A DNA stretch of 64,000 nucleotides from Acidobacteriota bacterium (GTDB taxonomy: Bacteria > Acidobacteriota > Terriglobia > 2-12-FULL-54-10): assembly GCA_009691245.1 (NCBI GenBank), contig SHUM01000006.1, forward strand, positions 20,399 through 84,398. The letters run 5' to 3'. Below the pieces are notes generated by a model that worked only from the letters and a program-made list of their open reading frames with translations, was not told the DNA's origin and searched no databases. This document shows, one piece after another, positions 1 to 10,132 of the stretch. The position numbers and the translations under genes are program-made. Numbering within the stretch: position 1 is the stretch's first letter; every line of letters starts with the position of its first letter.

Positions 1-936
1 GAAGGGTTCCTCCGGAAGATTCTTCCAGTTGTTGCTGAACGAAGTGGCGTTCAGCCGTTCCTGATTGAAAAACTCGAACAGGGAGCCATGAAATTGATTG
101 GTGCCCGAGCGCGTGATGGCGTTGGCGATGAACCCGGATGACCGCCCAAAGTCAGCCGTGAAGTTGTGCGTCGCCATGCGGTATTCCTGCACCGCGTCGG
201 CGGAGACGCGCGTGGCGGCGCCGGTAACCTGCAGATCATTATTGTCCACACCATCGAGCAAAAAATTGGAGCTGGAGACCGGCTGGCCGTTCACCGAGAG
301 ACCCAAGCCGCGTCCCGTGGCATTGTCGGAAGTAACGCCGGGGTTCAGCACCAGCAGCGTGTAGACATCGCGTCCGGAGAGCGGCAATTCCAGTATCTTG
401 TTTTCATCGACTAGCCGCGAGAGTGTTCCGGAGAGCGTTTCTGCCACCGACACGGGAAGTTGAATCAATACCGCACTGGGGATGGCGGCATCAGCTCCAT
501 ACATGACGGAAAGAATATTGCTCGGATTCGCTCCCGCCGCGGCGGGAGCAGGTGCGGTGGGAGATGGCGGAGCCGTCGCAACAGGCCTCGTTCCCTGCAG
601 AGAAAAATTCAATTCAATGCGCGAGGCCACTGGTAGTTCCACAGGGGAGCGCTCTTCCGGCTGAAAGCCAAGAGCGTCCACGCGAACCCGGTACATGCCT
701 GGCTGTAGCGAGGAAAAATAAAAGATGCCCTGCGCGTTGGTGTAGCGGTAGGCCTGCACGTTGGTCTCCGGATTGCGGAGTATAACCAGCGCCCGCTCAA
801 TGGGCCGCGATGACGTCTGGCTGAGCACCTGACCCTGCAGCGTTGCCTGGGAAGTTTGGGCGCGAAGGTTGGTGAGAACGGTGGCGAATAAAAAGACCAG
901 GAACAGAACGGCGATCAACTGGGGGGATTTTTTCAT
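1..936 (-). CDS. TonB-dependent-receptor-like outer membrane protein, N-terminal 312 codons only (gene runs off the left edge)
   Basis: Absent from the ORF track because it has no stop in the window. My translation from ATG (complement of 934-936) reads MKKSPQLIAVLFLVFLFATVLTNLRAQTSQATLQGQVL...GMYRVRVDALGFQPEE...ELPLSGRDVYTLLVLNPGVTSDNATGRGLGLSVNGQPVSSSNFLLDGVDNN. This gives a signal peptide, a carboxypeptidase-regulatory-like beta-sandwich and plug-like motifs. Confidence 0.65.
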   Translation of the reverse strand, partial: MKKSPQLIAVLFLVFLFATVLTNLRAQTSQATLQGQVLSQTSSRPIERALVILRNPETNVQAYRYTNAQGIFYFSSLQPGMYRVRVDALGFQPEERSPVELPVASRIELNFSLQGTRPVATAPPSPTAPAPAAAGANPSNILSVMYGADAAIPSAVLIQLPVSVAETLSGTLSRLVDENKILELPLSGRDVYTLLVLNPGVTSDNATGRGLGLSVNGQPVSSSNFLLDGVDNNDLQVTGAATRVSADAVQEYRMATHNFTADFGRSSGFIANAITRSGTNQFHGSLFEFFNQERLNATSFSNNWKNLPEEPF

Positions 937-3137
937 TGACTCCGCTCCACATTGCGAAGTTTCCTCTCCAGTTCGCCGGTAACGCGGCGATCGGTGGAGC
1001 GAGCGATAGCTTGGCGGTAGTCATCGACGGCTTGCCCTCGATTACCCTGCGCGGCGTGAACATCGCCGAGGCCAGTCAACGCAATCACCGGCTCAACGCC
1101 GGCGCCGAGCATCTGCATGTACACCATCTCGGCGTCTGCAAACTTCTTCTCGTCCAACAACACGCGCCCGAGTGTCTCATAGGGCCCTGCAACCGTTGCG
1201 CCGGCATTCACGGCCTCGCGAAGCACGGACTGCTGAAGCTGCGGATTGCGTTGGCGGCGATAGATCTCCGCGAGCTTCATGCGTGGCTCAATCAGCTGGG
1301 CGTTCAAATCCGCCGCGCGCCGGAAGCTGGCCTCCGCCTCGCGCTGATTGTTGCGCTGCTCGAAGATCAGGCCTAGGTTGTGGTGGGCCATGGCTTCGTC
1401 CGGCTTCATTTCAATGGCTCGGCGAAACTGTTCTTCCGCCTGCGGCAGTCGTCCCTGAAACAGATACAGTACGCCGAGATTGTAATGCAGGTAGGAATAC
1501 CGCATGCCCAGTTCCTGCCCCAGTTGGATACCGACGCGGAACTCCTCTTCGGCTTCGCGATAGCGCAGCTGGCTGGCGTAAACATTGGCAAGATTGTAAT
1601 GCGGGTAGACCCATTTGTCAGCTCGCGCGGAGGCCGCGCGGAAATTGTCGATGGCATCGTTCCAGCGCTGCTGCTGCATGTAGGCGATGCCCAGCGCGTT
1701 GTAGGAGAAGGCGGCTTCGGGGTCCAGCGCGATGGCTTCCCGCAGTGTGCTGATGCCCGCCACGAACTGACGATTCTCCACCTGCGCGCGGCCCTGCATG
1801 AATTTGGCTTTGGCTTGCAACGAAATATCATCAACGGCCACTTCGCTCGCGCGTCCAAACAGCCTGGCGCCCTCTTCATACTTGGCGGCATCCAGACGGA
1901 TCACCTGATCGCCACGCCGATAGGCCCACAAAACTTTGTCTCCCGCCGAGGCCAGCGCAATTACCAATTTCTCGTCCGCTTCGGCGCGGTCATCCTCGTC
2001 TACCGGTAGCGCCGTGTAGCGCTGATGCAGCTCAATGGCATTGTTGCCCGGTGGCGCCAGCAGGCGGCCATCACGGATTGACTGCTCAAAGCTGTTGCGC
2101 AGTTCATCGCTCGGCGAAATGCCTGCTCGGGGTTGTTGGCCAGGAGCCTGTAACGCTGCTGACATCCCCAGTGTCGGATATCCGCGACCGCGACGCGCGG
2201 TGGGGGAGGCAGGGCCGAGTTTCCAATCCTTCGGTGCGGCCTTGTCCACGAACGACATGGGCGTCTCCGGCTCGAAGTTGCCGAAATCGCGGATGTGCTG
2301 CTGGCGCTCCGTGGCATTCTCGACGTTGGTTTGCAGATAACTGACAATCTCCGCCGCGGTCACCGTATTGTCCTTGTCCTCGTCCGCTTCGCCGCTGAGG
2401 CCGCGCAGCAGGAAGTAGGAGAAGACGCCGTGGCCGCCGCCCCACTGATCGCTCTCTCTGGAAAACTCATTGGGGCGGCTGGCCAGCAGCCCCATGGTCT
2501 CGCCGCGCGAACTGGCGTCTTCGATGTAGCGGTTCACATTGCCCTGCACCTGCCCAAGTTTTCCGGCGCGGCAGACGTCCGCGAACAGGAAAATGCGCTT
2601 GGCGTTCTTCAGTCGGTTCTGCATGATGTTGCCCAGCTCGCGCATCGGCAACGCGCTGGTATAGAGGTCTTCGCGATCCGAATCAGCCGCCAGCAGATAG
2701 CCTTCGCGCGCGGCATCCTTCTCCACCATGCCGTGCGAGGCGATGAAGATATACACGGTGTCCTCGGGCTTAAGCTTCTTGGCCAGAGTGCTGCCCAGGC
2801 GGCTGCGCATCGCCGCCTGCTTGGCCTCTTCATTGGTCATCAAGAAAACGTTCTCAGGGGGGAAGCCACGTCCGCGCGGGCTGGTTACGAAATCGTAGAA
2901 CGCCTGAGCGTCGTCATCGGCGTAGTCCAGCCACTCTTCCTTGGGCAGGTTTTCAAACTCGGACACGCCAATGATCACGGCATAGAATTGCGGCTGGGCC
3001 GGCGCGACCGCTTCCTGCGCGAATAGCGCCGGGGACAGCAGCACGGCCGCCGCGCTCAGTATAACTCTGACTGCCCGGCTCCGTTCACGCCGAGCAGGGA
3101 GAGAAGTTTCCCGGCCCGCAATGTATCGCAGAAACAC
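933..3137 (-). CDS. Secreted caspase-family (peptidase C14) protein with C-terminal TPR repeat array
   Basis: 734-aa ORF with a signal-like AVLLSPALFAQEA. Caspase His/Cys dyad contexts are IFIASHGMV and FLFADVCRAG. The C-terminal half consists of TPR units, e.g. AFSYNALGIAYMQQQRWNDAIDNFRAA. Confidence 0.8.
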   Translation of the reverse strand: MFLRYIAGRETSLPARRERSRAVRVILSAAAVLLSPALFAQEAVAPAQPQFYAVIIGVSEFENLPKEEWLDYADDDAQAFYDFVTSPRGRGFPPENVFLMTNEEAKQAAMRSRLGSTLAKKLKPEDTVYIFIASHGMVEKDAAREGYLLAADSDREDLYTSALPMRELGNIMQNRLKNAKRIFLFADVCRAGKLGQVQGNVNRYIEDASSRGETMGLLASRPNEFSRESDQWGGGHGVFSYFLLRGLSGEADEDKDNTVTAAEIVSYLQTNVENATERQQHIRDFGNFEPETPMSFVDKAAPKDWKLGPASPTARRGRGYPTLGMSAALQAPGQQPRAGISPSDELRNSFEQSIRDGRLLAPPGNNAIELHQRYTALPVDEDDRAEADEKLVIALASAGDKVLWAYRRGDQVIRLDAAKYEEGARLFGRASEVAVDDISLQAKAKFMQGRAQVENRQFVAGISTLREAIALDPEAAFSYNALGIAYMQQQRWNDAIDNFRAASARADKWVYPHYNLANVYASQLRYREAEEEFRVGIQLGQELGMRYSYLHYNLGVLYLFQGRLPQAEEQFRRAIEMKPDEAMAHHNLGLIFEQRNNQREAEASFRRAADLNAQLIEPRMKLAEIYRRQRNPQLQQSVLREAVNAGATVAGPYETLGRVLLDEKKFADAEMVYMQMLGAGVEPVIALTGLGDVHAAQGNRGQAVDDYRQAIARSTDRRVTGELERKLRNVERSQ

Positions 3138-3342
3138 CAGCTAATCCCTTGTGCGACCAGTAGGAGATTGTAAGTAAACTCGCTAAGCTAGTTATATAGT
3201 TATCAGAGGGTTCAGTCAATTACCGAATGATCGTGATGGGCGGATATTGTGTTAGTATATTGGCACGAGTGGTATTCCAGTCGGTAGGCATCCCGGAAGA
3301 GCGATCTTTGGGGAATCCCAGCTTGAATTCCAGCGCAAAGTC

Positions 3343-3371
3343 TTGACAAATTGTTGATGCTCGGCTACTTT
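3343..3371 (+). promoter_or_regulatory. Candidate sigma70 promoter for rplM-rpsI
   Basis: TTGACA at 3343-3348, a 17-nt spacer, then TACTTT at 3366-3371, about 45 nt upstream of rplM. Confidence 0.3.
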
Positions 3372-3415
3372 GGTAGTTTCCGGCCAACACTTTAGGGAAT
3401 GCCGGTACTACAACT

Positions 3416-3859
3416 ATGTCTACTTACGTTCCGAAAAAAAATGATGTAATCCCCAAATGGTATCTTGTCGATGCCGAAGGGCAGGCGCTGGGGCGAGTGG
3501 CTACGTGCGTGGCCACGCTATTGCGTGGCAAGCATCGGCCGACCTTCACGCCTTATTTGGACACGGGCGATCATGTCATCGTGCTGAATGCCACCAAGAT
3601 TCGCTGGACCGGCAAAAAGCTTGAGCAGAAGGTCTATCGCCACTACACCGGCTATCCCGGCGGAGTGCGCGAGAAGTCGGCGCGCCGGAGCTGGGATGAA
3701 AATCCTTCCGATGCCGTGCGCGAGGCCGTCTTTGGCATGCTGCCCAAGAACAAGCTACGTGACCGCATGACCAACCGTCTGTTGGTCTACAGGGACACGA
3801 AGCATCCACATCAGGCGCAGCAGCCGGAGGCCTATAAAATGGCCGCTGCCAAGATATAG
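3416..3859 (+). CDS. rplM: 50S ribosomal protein L13
   Basis: 147 aa. KWYLVDAEGQALGRVA...GKHRPTFTPYLDTGDHVIVLNA matches the L13 N-terminus. It is followed by rpsI. Confidence 0.95.
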   Translation: MSTYVPKKNDVIPKWYLVDAEGQALGRVATCVATLLRGKHRPTFTPYLDTGDHVIVLNATKIRWTGKKLEQKVYRHYTGYPGGVREKSARRSWDENPSDAVREAVFGMLPKNKLRDRMTNRLLVYRDTKHPHQAQQPEAYKMAAAKI

Positions 3860-4031
3860 ACAAGATATAGAACTGGTATAGGGCCAAGTTGGGAGTTGGC
3901 CACACCCGATACGTTTTGGCTAGTTAAGGAAGTATTGGATTGTCCCAGGCCAGCTCCGCGCTGGCCCTCAATTCCGCGGCGGAATGGCCGTCGAGCCCAG
4001 ATAATGGGGAAAGAGACAGGGTAGAGGACCA

Positions 4032-4418
4032 ATGGAACAGTACTACGGAACCGGCAGACGCAAGACCAGCACGGCGCGGGTTTTCCTGCGGCCCGGCCAG
4101 GGCAACTATAAGGTAAATGGCAAGACCGCGGACGAATTTTTTCTCACACCCACTCGCCGCAGTCAGGTGCGCCTGCCCTTGCAACTGGTTGACATGGCCG
4201 AGAAGTTTGACGTGCTGATTACCGTCAAGGGCGGCGGCAACAACGCCCAAGCCGGCGCCGTTCGCATGGGTATCTCACGCGCACTGCTGGAGTTCAATCC
4301 GGAGCTGCGTCCGGTCCTGCGAAAAGAAGGTTTCCTGACGCGTGATCCGCGCCAGAAGGAGCGCAAGAAGTACGGACAGAAGGGCGCTCGCAAGCGCTTC
4401 CAGTTCTCCAAGCGCTAG
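4032..4418 (+). CDS. rpsI: 30S ribosomal protein S9
   Basis: 128 aa ending [11 protein letters not shown], the invariant S9 C-terminus. Confidence 0.95.
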   Translation: MEQYYGTGRRKTSTARVFLRPGQGNYKVNGKTADEFFLTPTRRSQVRLPLQLVDMAEKFDVLITVKGGGNNAQAGAVRMGISRALLEFNPELRPVLRKEGFLTRDPRQKERKKYGQKGARKRFQFSKR

Positions 4419-4549
4419 TACGGAATTTGGTTTCTACTGGGGTGCAGAGGCGGGATTAGGGTCTCCCCAGTTGGGCAAGACTAGTTGATTTTATTTGTTT
4501 AACGGCCGTGCCTGATGGGCAGTTTTCAGGGCGTGCTGAAGGAGGCTTT

Positions 4550-5383
4550 TTGCCGGCAATTACGATGAAAGAACTTTTGGAGGCGGGCGTCCACTTCGGG
4601 CACCAGACTCGTAAGTGGAACCCCAAGATGAAGGAATACATCTTCGGGGAGCGCAATGGCATCCACATCATCGATCTGCAAAAGACCCTGAAGCTGTTCA
4701 AAGAAGCGGCCCGCTACGTGGCCGAGACCGTTGCCACCGGACGTACCGTGCTGTTTGTAGGTACCAAACGCCAGGCTCAGGAAGCCATCGCCGAAGAAGC
4801 CAAGCGCTGTTCCATGTATTACATCAACCAGCGTTGGCTCGGTGGACTGCTTACCAATCACGTTACCATTCAGAAGTCCATTGTGCGCATGAAGGAACTC
4901 GAGGTCATGTCGCAAGACGGCCGCTACGAGATGTTGACCAAGAAAGAAGTCAGCAAGCTGGAGCGCGAGCGCAAGCATCTGGAACTGAACTTGGCGGGCA
5001 TCAAGGATATGCCGGGCTTGCCCGATATGCTGTTTATAGTCGATTCCAACATGGAAGAGATCGCCGTCAACGAGGCCCGCAAGCTGGGCATACCGGTGGT
5101 GGCCGTGGTGGATACCAACTGCGACCCGAACGTCGTGAGCTTCCCCATTCCCGGCAATGATGATGCGTTGCGCGCCATCCGTCTGTTTACCTCCAAGATA
5201 GCCGATTCCGTGATCGAGGGCCAAGGATTGGCGGGCGACCGAGGGTTAATTCCCGTTGCCGCCGAGCCTGCAGCGGTGGCGCCTGCCACGGTGGAATCAC
5301 TCAGCACCGGAAGCGGAAGCGGGTATCTGCCTCCCGAGCCATCCGGAGCCGAGGTCGCGGAATCCGATGCCGTCCGGAGTTAG
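4550..5383 (+). CDS. rpsB: 30S ribosomal protein S2
   Basis: [16 protein letters not shown] is the S2 signature. The ORF-track start at 4508 is probably too far upstream. TTG 4550 lies 4-5 nt after AGGAGG (4540-4545); ATG 4565 is the alternative. Confidence 0.93.
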   Translation: MPAITMKELLEAGVHFGHQTRKWNPKMKEYIFGERNGIHIIDLQKTLKLFKEAARYVAETVATGRTVLFVGTKRQAQEAIAEEAKRCSMYYINQRWLGGLLTNHVTIQKSIVRMKELEVMSQDGRYEMLTKKEVSKLERERKHLELNLAGIKDMPGLPDMLFIVDSNMEEIAVNEARKLGIPVVAVVDTNCDPNVVSFPIPGNDDALRAIRLFTSKIADSVIEGQGLAGDRGLIPVAAEPAAVAPATVESLSTGSGSGYLPPEPSGAEVAESDAVRS

Positions 5384-5567
5384 TGTTCCTGGCATCCTTC
5401 AGCAACAGGCCTAAAACTGGATTTTGTTTTGCGGGCTTGTAGTGTATCTGCCCGGTCCCGCCCGAAGTCCTCATCCTCACTGACTGCGGTCCGGTCAGCC
5501 GGCGGGGACTTGATACACAGCCCACTCAAGCGAAATTGAAAGCAATAGAGAGGAATTGAAACACGTC

Positions 5568-6242
5568 ATGTCCGATGTTCAAGTTTCCGCACAACTGGTG
5601 AAGGAATTGCGCGAGCGCACGGGCGCTCCATTTGGGGACTGCCGTTCAGCGCTGATTGAAGCCAAGGGCGTCATCGCGGACGCGGAAGTCGTGCTGCGCA
5701 AGAAGGGCCTGGCATCAGCCGCCAAGCGTGCTGGACGCGCGACACTGGAAGGTCTGGTCGGTTATTACATACATGCCGGCGGCAAGATCGGCGTGATGAT
5801 TGAACTGAATTGCGAAAGCGACTTTGTGGCGCGGACCGAAGTGTTTCAGCAGCTCGCTCACGATATCTCCATGCACATCGCCGCCACCAATCCTCGCTTC
5901 ATCCGGAAGGAAGAAGTGACGCCGGAGATTCTGGAAAAAGAAAAAGAAATCTACCGTGCTCAGGCCAAGGCCACTGGTAAGCCCGAAAAGGTGGTTGAGA
6001 AAATCGTTGAAGGCAAGATGGAGAAGTTTTACGAAGAGGTTTGCCTGCTCGATCAACATTTTGTAAAGGACCCCACTGGGGCGCAGACCGTATCTCAGTT
6101 GATTGCTTCGGCCATCGCTAAGCTGGGCGAGAATATAAGCGTGCGGCGGTTTGTGTACTTCAAGGTCGGTGAAGCCGCTGGACAATCATCTGGACAAGCA
6201 GCCGGACAAGCAGCTGGCCAGGCCGCACCTGTGCAGGCATAG
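5568..6242 (+). CDS. tsf: Translation elongation factor Ts (short form)
   Basis: N-terminal VSAQLVKELRERTGAPFGDCRSAL and an EF-Ts core. ATG 5568 is preferred over TTG 5556. The C-terminal tail is low-complexity (AAGQSSGQAAGQAAGQAAPVQA). Confidence 0.9.
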   Translation: MSDVQVSAQLVKELRERTGAPFGDCRSALIEAKGVIADAEVVLRKKGLASAAKRAGRATLEGLVGYYIHAGGKIGVMIELNCESDFVARTEVFQQLAHDISMHIAATNPRFIRKEEVTPEILEKEKEIYRAQAKATGKPEKVVEKIVEGKMEKFYEEVCLLDQHFVKDPTGAQTVSQLIASAIAKLGENISVRRFVYFKVGEAAGQSSGQAAGQAAGQAAPVQA

Positions 6243-6327
6243 CCAGCACGCATTCGTTCTTGGGTGATATTGAGCATCCAACCCGTATGTGAAGTTTCGG
6301 CGCAGTAGAACTGCAAGAGCCCCCATC

Positions 6328-7047
6328 ATGATGGCCAAACCCATCTATCAGCGCATTCTGTTGAAGTTAAGCGGCGAGGCCTTGGGCGGAACCCAGGGCT
6401 TCGGCGTAGATCCCACGCGCGCGCAGGACATCGCGCAGGAGATCGCCGATGTTCAAAAATCAGGAGTTGAGACCGCGCTCGTGATTGGCGGTGGCAACAT
6501 CTTCCGCGGCGTTACTGCTTCGGCGATGAAGATGGATCGCGTGGCGGCCGACCACATGGGCATGCTGGCCACGGTGATCAACGCTCTCGCGCTGCAAGAT
6601 GCTCTCGAAAAGCTGGACGTTAGCACCCGCGTGATGAGCGCCATTCAGATGCATCAGGTGGCCGAGCCGTTCATTCGTCGCCGGGCCATTCGTCATTTGG
6701 AGAAGGGCCGAGTAGTCATCTTTGCCGCTGGAACGGGCAGCCCGTATTTTTCCACCGACACGGCGGCGGCCTTGCGCGCAGTGGAGATCAAGGCGCAGGT
6801 AATCATGAAGGCCACTAAAGTGGACGGCATCTATGACGCCGATCCGCTGAAGGTGAAGGATGCCACCATGTTCCAGCAGATGACCTACTGGGACGTGATG
6901 TCGAAGAATCTTGGCGTCATGGATTTGACCGCCATTTCGCTCTGCCGCGAAAACAACCTACCCATCATAGTTTTTAACCTGAATGTGTCTGGAAATATCT
7001 CCCGCGTGGTGCATGGTGAAAAGGTGGGTTCAATCGTTACCGCTTGA
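6328..7047 (+). CDS. pyrH: UMP kinase
   Basis: [12 protein letters not shown] and [10 protein letters not shown] motifs; sits in the rpsB-tsf-pyrH-frr order. ATG 6328 is the likely start. Confidence 0.95.
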   Translation: MMAKPIYQRILLKLSGEALGGTQGFGVDPTRAQDIAQEIADVQKSGVETALVIGGGNIFRGVTASAMKMDRVAADHMGMLATVINALALQDALEKLDVSTRVMSAIQMHQVAEPFIRRRAIRHLEKGRVVIFAAGTGSPYFSTDTAAALRAVEIKAQVIMKATKVDGIYDADPLKVKDATMFQQMTYWDVMSKNLGVMDLTAISLCRENNLPIIVFNLNVSGNISRVVHGEKVGSIVTA

Positions 7048-7123
7048 GCTTGCCAGCCCACTGCCTCTGCTTGCGCATCCCCGATGTATAATATTGACTT
7101 GAGTAGGTCCAGGAGGGACAGCC

Positions 7124-7681
7124 ATGAGTCAGGAAACTGTCAAAGAAGCAAAAAAGAGGATGGAGAAGGTGGAGGCCGATCTGCGCGCTGAGTTGTCCAC
7201 GCTGCGCACCGGGCGGGCATCGCTCTCTTTGCTGGATCATGTGCGGTTTGATTATTATGGAACGCCCACGCCGCTCAAGGAAGCCGCCAAGCTCGCGGTT
7301 ACCGACGCGACCACGCTGACCATTCAACCCTTCGACCCCAGCATCCTCGGCGAAATCGAACGAGCCATTCGCGCCGGCGATCTGGGCCTGAATCCTGCTA
7401 ACGACGGCAAGCTCATCCGCGTGCCGATTCCCGCTCTTACCGAAGACCGGCGCAAGGAGCTGGTCAAGCATCTGCATAAGATACTCGAATCGCATCGCAC
7501 CGGCGTCCGCAATGTTCGCCGCGATGTGAATGAAGTCCTGAAGAAGATGCTCAAGGACAAGCAAATCTCCGAAGACGACGAGCGCCGTTACATGGAGGAA
7601 GTCCAGAAGACCACCGATCAGGCCATTGCGCGCCTCGATGAGATGGGCAGGAACAAAGAAAAAGAAATCACCACGGTTTAG
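7124..7681 (+). CDS. frr: Ribosome recycling factor
   Basis: 185 aa with an RRF-like sequence (LRTGRASLSLLDHV...IPALTEDRRKELVK), in the conserved position after pyrH. Confidence 0.95.
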   Translation: MSQETVKEAKKRMEKVEADLRAELSTLRTGRASLSLLDHVRFDYYGTPTPLKEAAKLAVTDATTLTIQPFDPSILGEIERAIRAGDLGLNPANDGKLIRVPIPALTEDRRKELVKHLHKILESHRTGVRNVRRDVNEVLKKMLKDKQISEDDERRYMEEVQKTTDQAIARLDEMGRNKEKEITTV

Positions 7682-9273
7682 TTTTTTGACGGACCGGAGA
7701 TATCGGTGTTCTTCGAAATGTCTTTTGCTGCAAGCCCCCGAAATGTCTCCTCGAAACGCGGGTCGGATCGCAGTAAATTCTTTTGCACCTTCCCCATGGC
7801 GTTGCGCGGCAATTCCTTTACGATAAATATCTTCCTGGGGATTTTGTAGCCGGCAATCTCACGTTTCAGCCACGACAGTAGTTCAGCGGCTCCGCCGACT
7901 TCCCCCGCGCTTGCCGCACCTCTGCTGTCCAGCACCACGATGGCCACCACGGCCTCGCCATAATCGGGATGGGGCACACCAATCACGGCGGATTCCATTA
8001 CTCCCGGGTACGCGTCGATCGTGATCTCAATCTCTTTCGGATTCACATTCATCCCACCCGTAATGATCAAATCCTTGGCGCGCCCGGCGATGGCATAGGC
8101 TCCGTTGGCGAGGCGGCGTCCCAGATCGCCGCTGCGAAAGAATCCATCGGATGAAAAAGCCTCCGCTGTTTCGGCGGGGCGGCGCCAGTATCCGGGGAAT
8201 ACGCTCTCGCCGCGAATTAAAACCTCCCCCACTACACCGTCTGACACAGCTTGCCCGGCTGCGTCAGCGATGCGCAGATCAAACCCTGGCAGAGGCAGTC
8301 CAACGCTGCCGCCAATCCGCTGCCCGTCCACCGGGCTGGAGGCGATGCCGCCCGTCTCGGTCATACCATATCGCTCGACGATGGCATGACCTGTCCGTTG
8401 CTCAAACTCGCGGAAGGTTTGCTCGCGCAGTGGTGCCGATCCGGAGATGAACAGCCGGATATTCCCGCAGCTCTCGCGCGTGAGCGGTGACTTTAGCAAG
8501 CGTGTGTAATACGTGGGCACGCCCATGAAAATAGTCGCGTGAGGCAGCGCCGCCAGTATAGCGGGAGCTAGAAACCGCCGATGCAGAATGATCCGGGACC
8601 CGCTCAATAACGTCGGGACAGTGGCCACGAATAAACCGTGCAGATGATAGAGCGGCAGCGAATGAAGCAGAACTTCGCTGCTTCGCCAGCGCCAGAATTC
8701 ACGCAGCGCCGCACCGTTCGCATATAGATTGCGATGCGTGATCATGGCTCCCTTGGGACGGCCCGTGGTTCCAGATGTGTACATCAACGCAGCGACGTCG
8801 CTGCCGGAACAGTCTTCAATGCGAGTCGTTGATTCAATAGTCTTCGCCTCCTCGTAGGCTTCTCCGTAGCCGGAGACATCCATCGTGGACATGGCAAAAC
8901 TTGTCTGCATCTCCTTCCGGAGCGACTCGTATTCCTCGCGCCGTCGCGGATGGCAGATGGCCATGCGGGGATCGGCGTCTTCCAGGATTACTTGAATCTC
9001 TCCTCGGCGGCTGGTGGGGTTCAGGGGTACAAAAATGGCGCCCATACGAATGCAGGCGTAGCAGAGCATCAGCAGGTGAGGCGACTTGTCCGTCTGCGCC
9101 AGCACTCGGTCGCCCGGACGCACACCTTTCGATGCGAGCCACGCGGCATACTTCCCGGTCCATAGGGCAAAGTCCGAGTAGGTGTAGATCGCCCGCGCGT
9201 CCGTCTCCAGCAATACGCAACTGCGGTCGGTGGGAAAACAACTCTCGATGATGGCGTAAAGGTTATCGTTCAT
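7678..9273 (-). CDS. AMP-dependent acyl-CoA synthetase/ligase
   Basis: AMP-binding motif MYTSGTTGRPKGAMITH, plus GDLGRR...GRAKDLIITGG and a C-terminal GKVQK. ATG at complement of 9271-9273 (MNDNLYAII) gives the typical length; the ORF-track start at 9414 is probably an over-extension. Confidence 0.85.
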   Translation of the reverse strand: MNDNLYAIIESCFPTDRSCVLLETDARAIYTYSDFALWTGKYAAWLASKGVRPGDRVLAQTDKSPHLLMLCYACIRMGAIFVPLNPTSRRGEIQVILEDADPRMAICHPRRREEYESLRKEMQTSFAMSTMDVSGYGEAYEEAKTIESTTRIEDCSGSDVAALMYTSGTTGRPKGAMITHRNLYANGAALREFWRWRSSEVLLHSLPLYHLHGLFVATVPTLLSGSRIILHRRFLAPAILAALPHATIFMGVPTYYTRLLKSPLTRESCGNIRLFISGSAPLREQTFREFEQRTGHAIVERYGMTETGGIASSPVDGQRIGGSVGLPLPGFDLRIADAAGQAVSDGVVGEVLIRGESVFPGYWRRPAETAEAFSSDGFFRSGDLGRRLANGAYAIAGRAKDLIITGGMNVNPKEIEITIDAYPGVMESAVIGVPHPDYGEAVVAIVVLDSRGAASAGEVGGAAELLSWLKREIAGYKIPRKIFIVKELPRNAMGKVQKNLLRSDPRFEETFRGLAAKDISKNTDISGPSKN

Positions 9274-9499
9274 TTGATTGTTGGCTGCGCTGGCGGGCAG
9301 GCCCAATACTTCATCTTCGCAAAGTCCGTGGGTGAAATTCAATGTGTGTGCCAGGAAGCAATCATCCGGAGTATCCAAAAACCATGATGAATGCAAAAAT
9401 CTGATAAAATCCATAGTTTCATGGATGAATCACAGTGTCGTGCCGGATTTGACGATCGGGAGCGACCTGAAGACACCCGAATTCCAATTGAGGTAGATC

Positions 9500-10132
9500 A
9501 TGTCCAGCAAAATTCAGAAGAATGGCAAACCGGAGCCGCGCCGCTTCATCATCGGTATGTCCGGTGCGACGGGCGCGATCTACGGCATTCGCATGTTGCA
9601 GATGCTCAGAACCGTGCCGGGCGTGGAGACGCACCTGGTGATGTCCAAGGCGGCGGAACGAACGATCGCTTACGAGACGAGCTTTACGATTGATCAAGTG
9701 CGGGCGCTGGCGCATGAGTCGTACAACATTCTGGATATCGGCGCCAAACCCTCGAGCGGATCATTTCCCGTCGAGGGCATGATCGTCGCGCCCTGCGCCA
9801 TGAAGACCCTCGGGGCGGTCGCCAACTCTCTGAGTCTGGACCTGCTCAGCCGCTCCGCCGACGTTACGCTCAAGGAGCGTCGCAAACTGGTACTGATGGT
9901 GCGAGAAGCCCCTCTACATCTGGGCCATCTGCGCCTGATGGTGCAGGCCGCCGAGATCGGGGCCATTATCTCGCCGCCGGTTCCGGCATTTTACAATTTC
10001 CCGAAGACACTTGACGACATGGTGAATCACACGGTCGGTCGCGTGCTCGATCTGTTCGGCGTAGACGTGAATCTCGTCAAACGCTGGGAAGGCATGAGCG
10101 CCAAGAACAAGAAGCTCGCCAGTACGAAGTGA
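9500..10132 (+). CDS. ubiX: Flavin prenyltransferase UbiX/Pad1 family
   Basis: RFIIGMSGATGAIYGIRMLQ and MIVAPCAMKTLGAVANS motifs; 210 aa. Confidence 0.9.
   Translation: MSSKIQKNGKPEPRRFIIGMSGATGAIYGIRMLQMLRTVPGVETHLVMSKAAERTIAYETSFTIDQVRALAHESYNILDIGAKPSSGSFPVEGMIVAPCAMKTLGAVANSLSLDLLSRSADVTLKERRKLVLMVREAPLHLGHLRLMVQAAEIGAIISPPVPAFYNFPKTLDDMVNHTVGRVLDLFGVDVNLVKRWEGMSAKNKKLASTK

Noticed and set aside
3860-4031. An unusually long (172-nt) rplM-rpsI spacer with a GGCCAG...CTGGCC hairpin (3948-3966), possibly an r-protein leader or attenuator.
   Set aside because: I could verify only a short 6-bp stem, and I recall no matching known leader model. The evidence is insufficient for a call.
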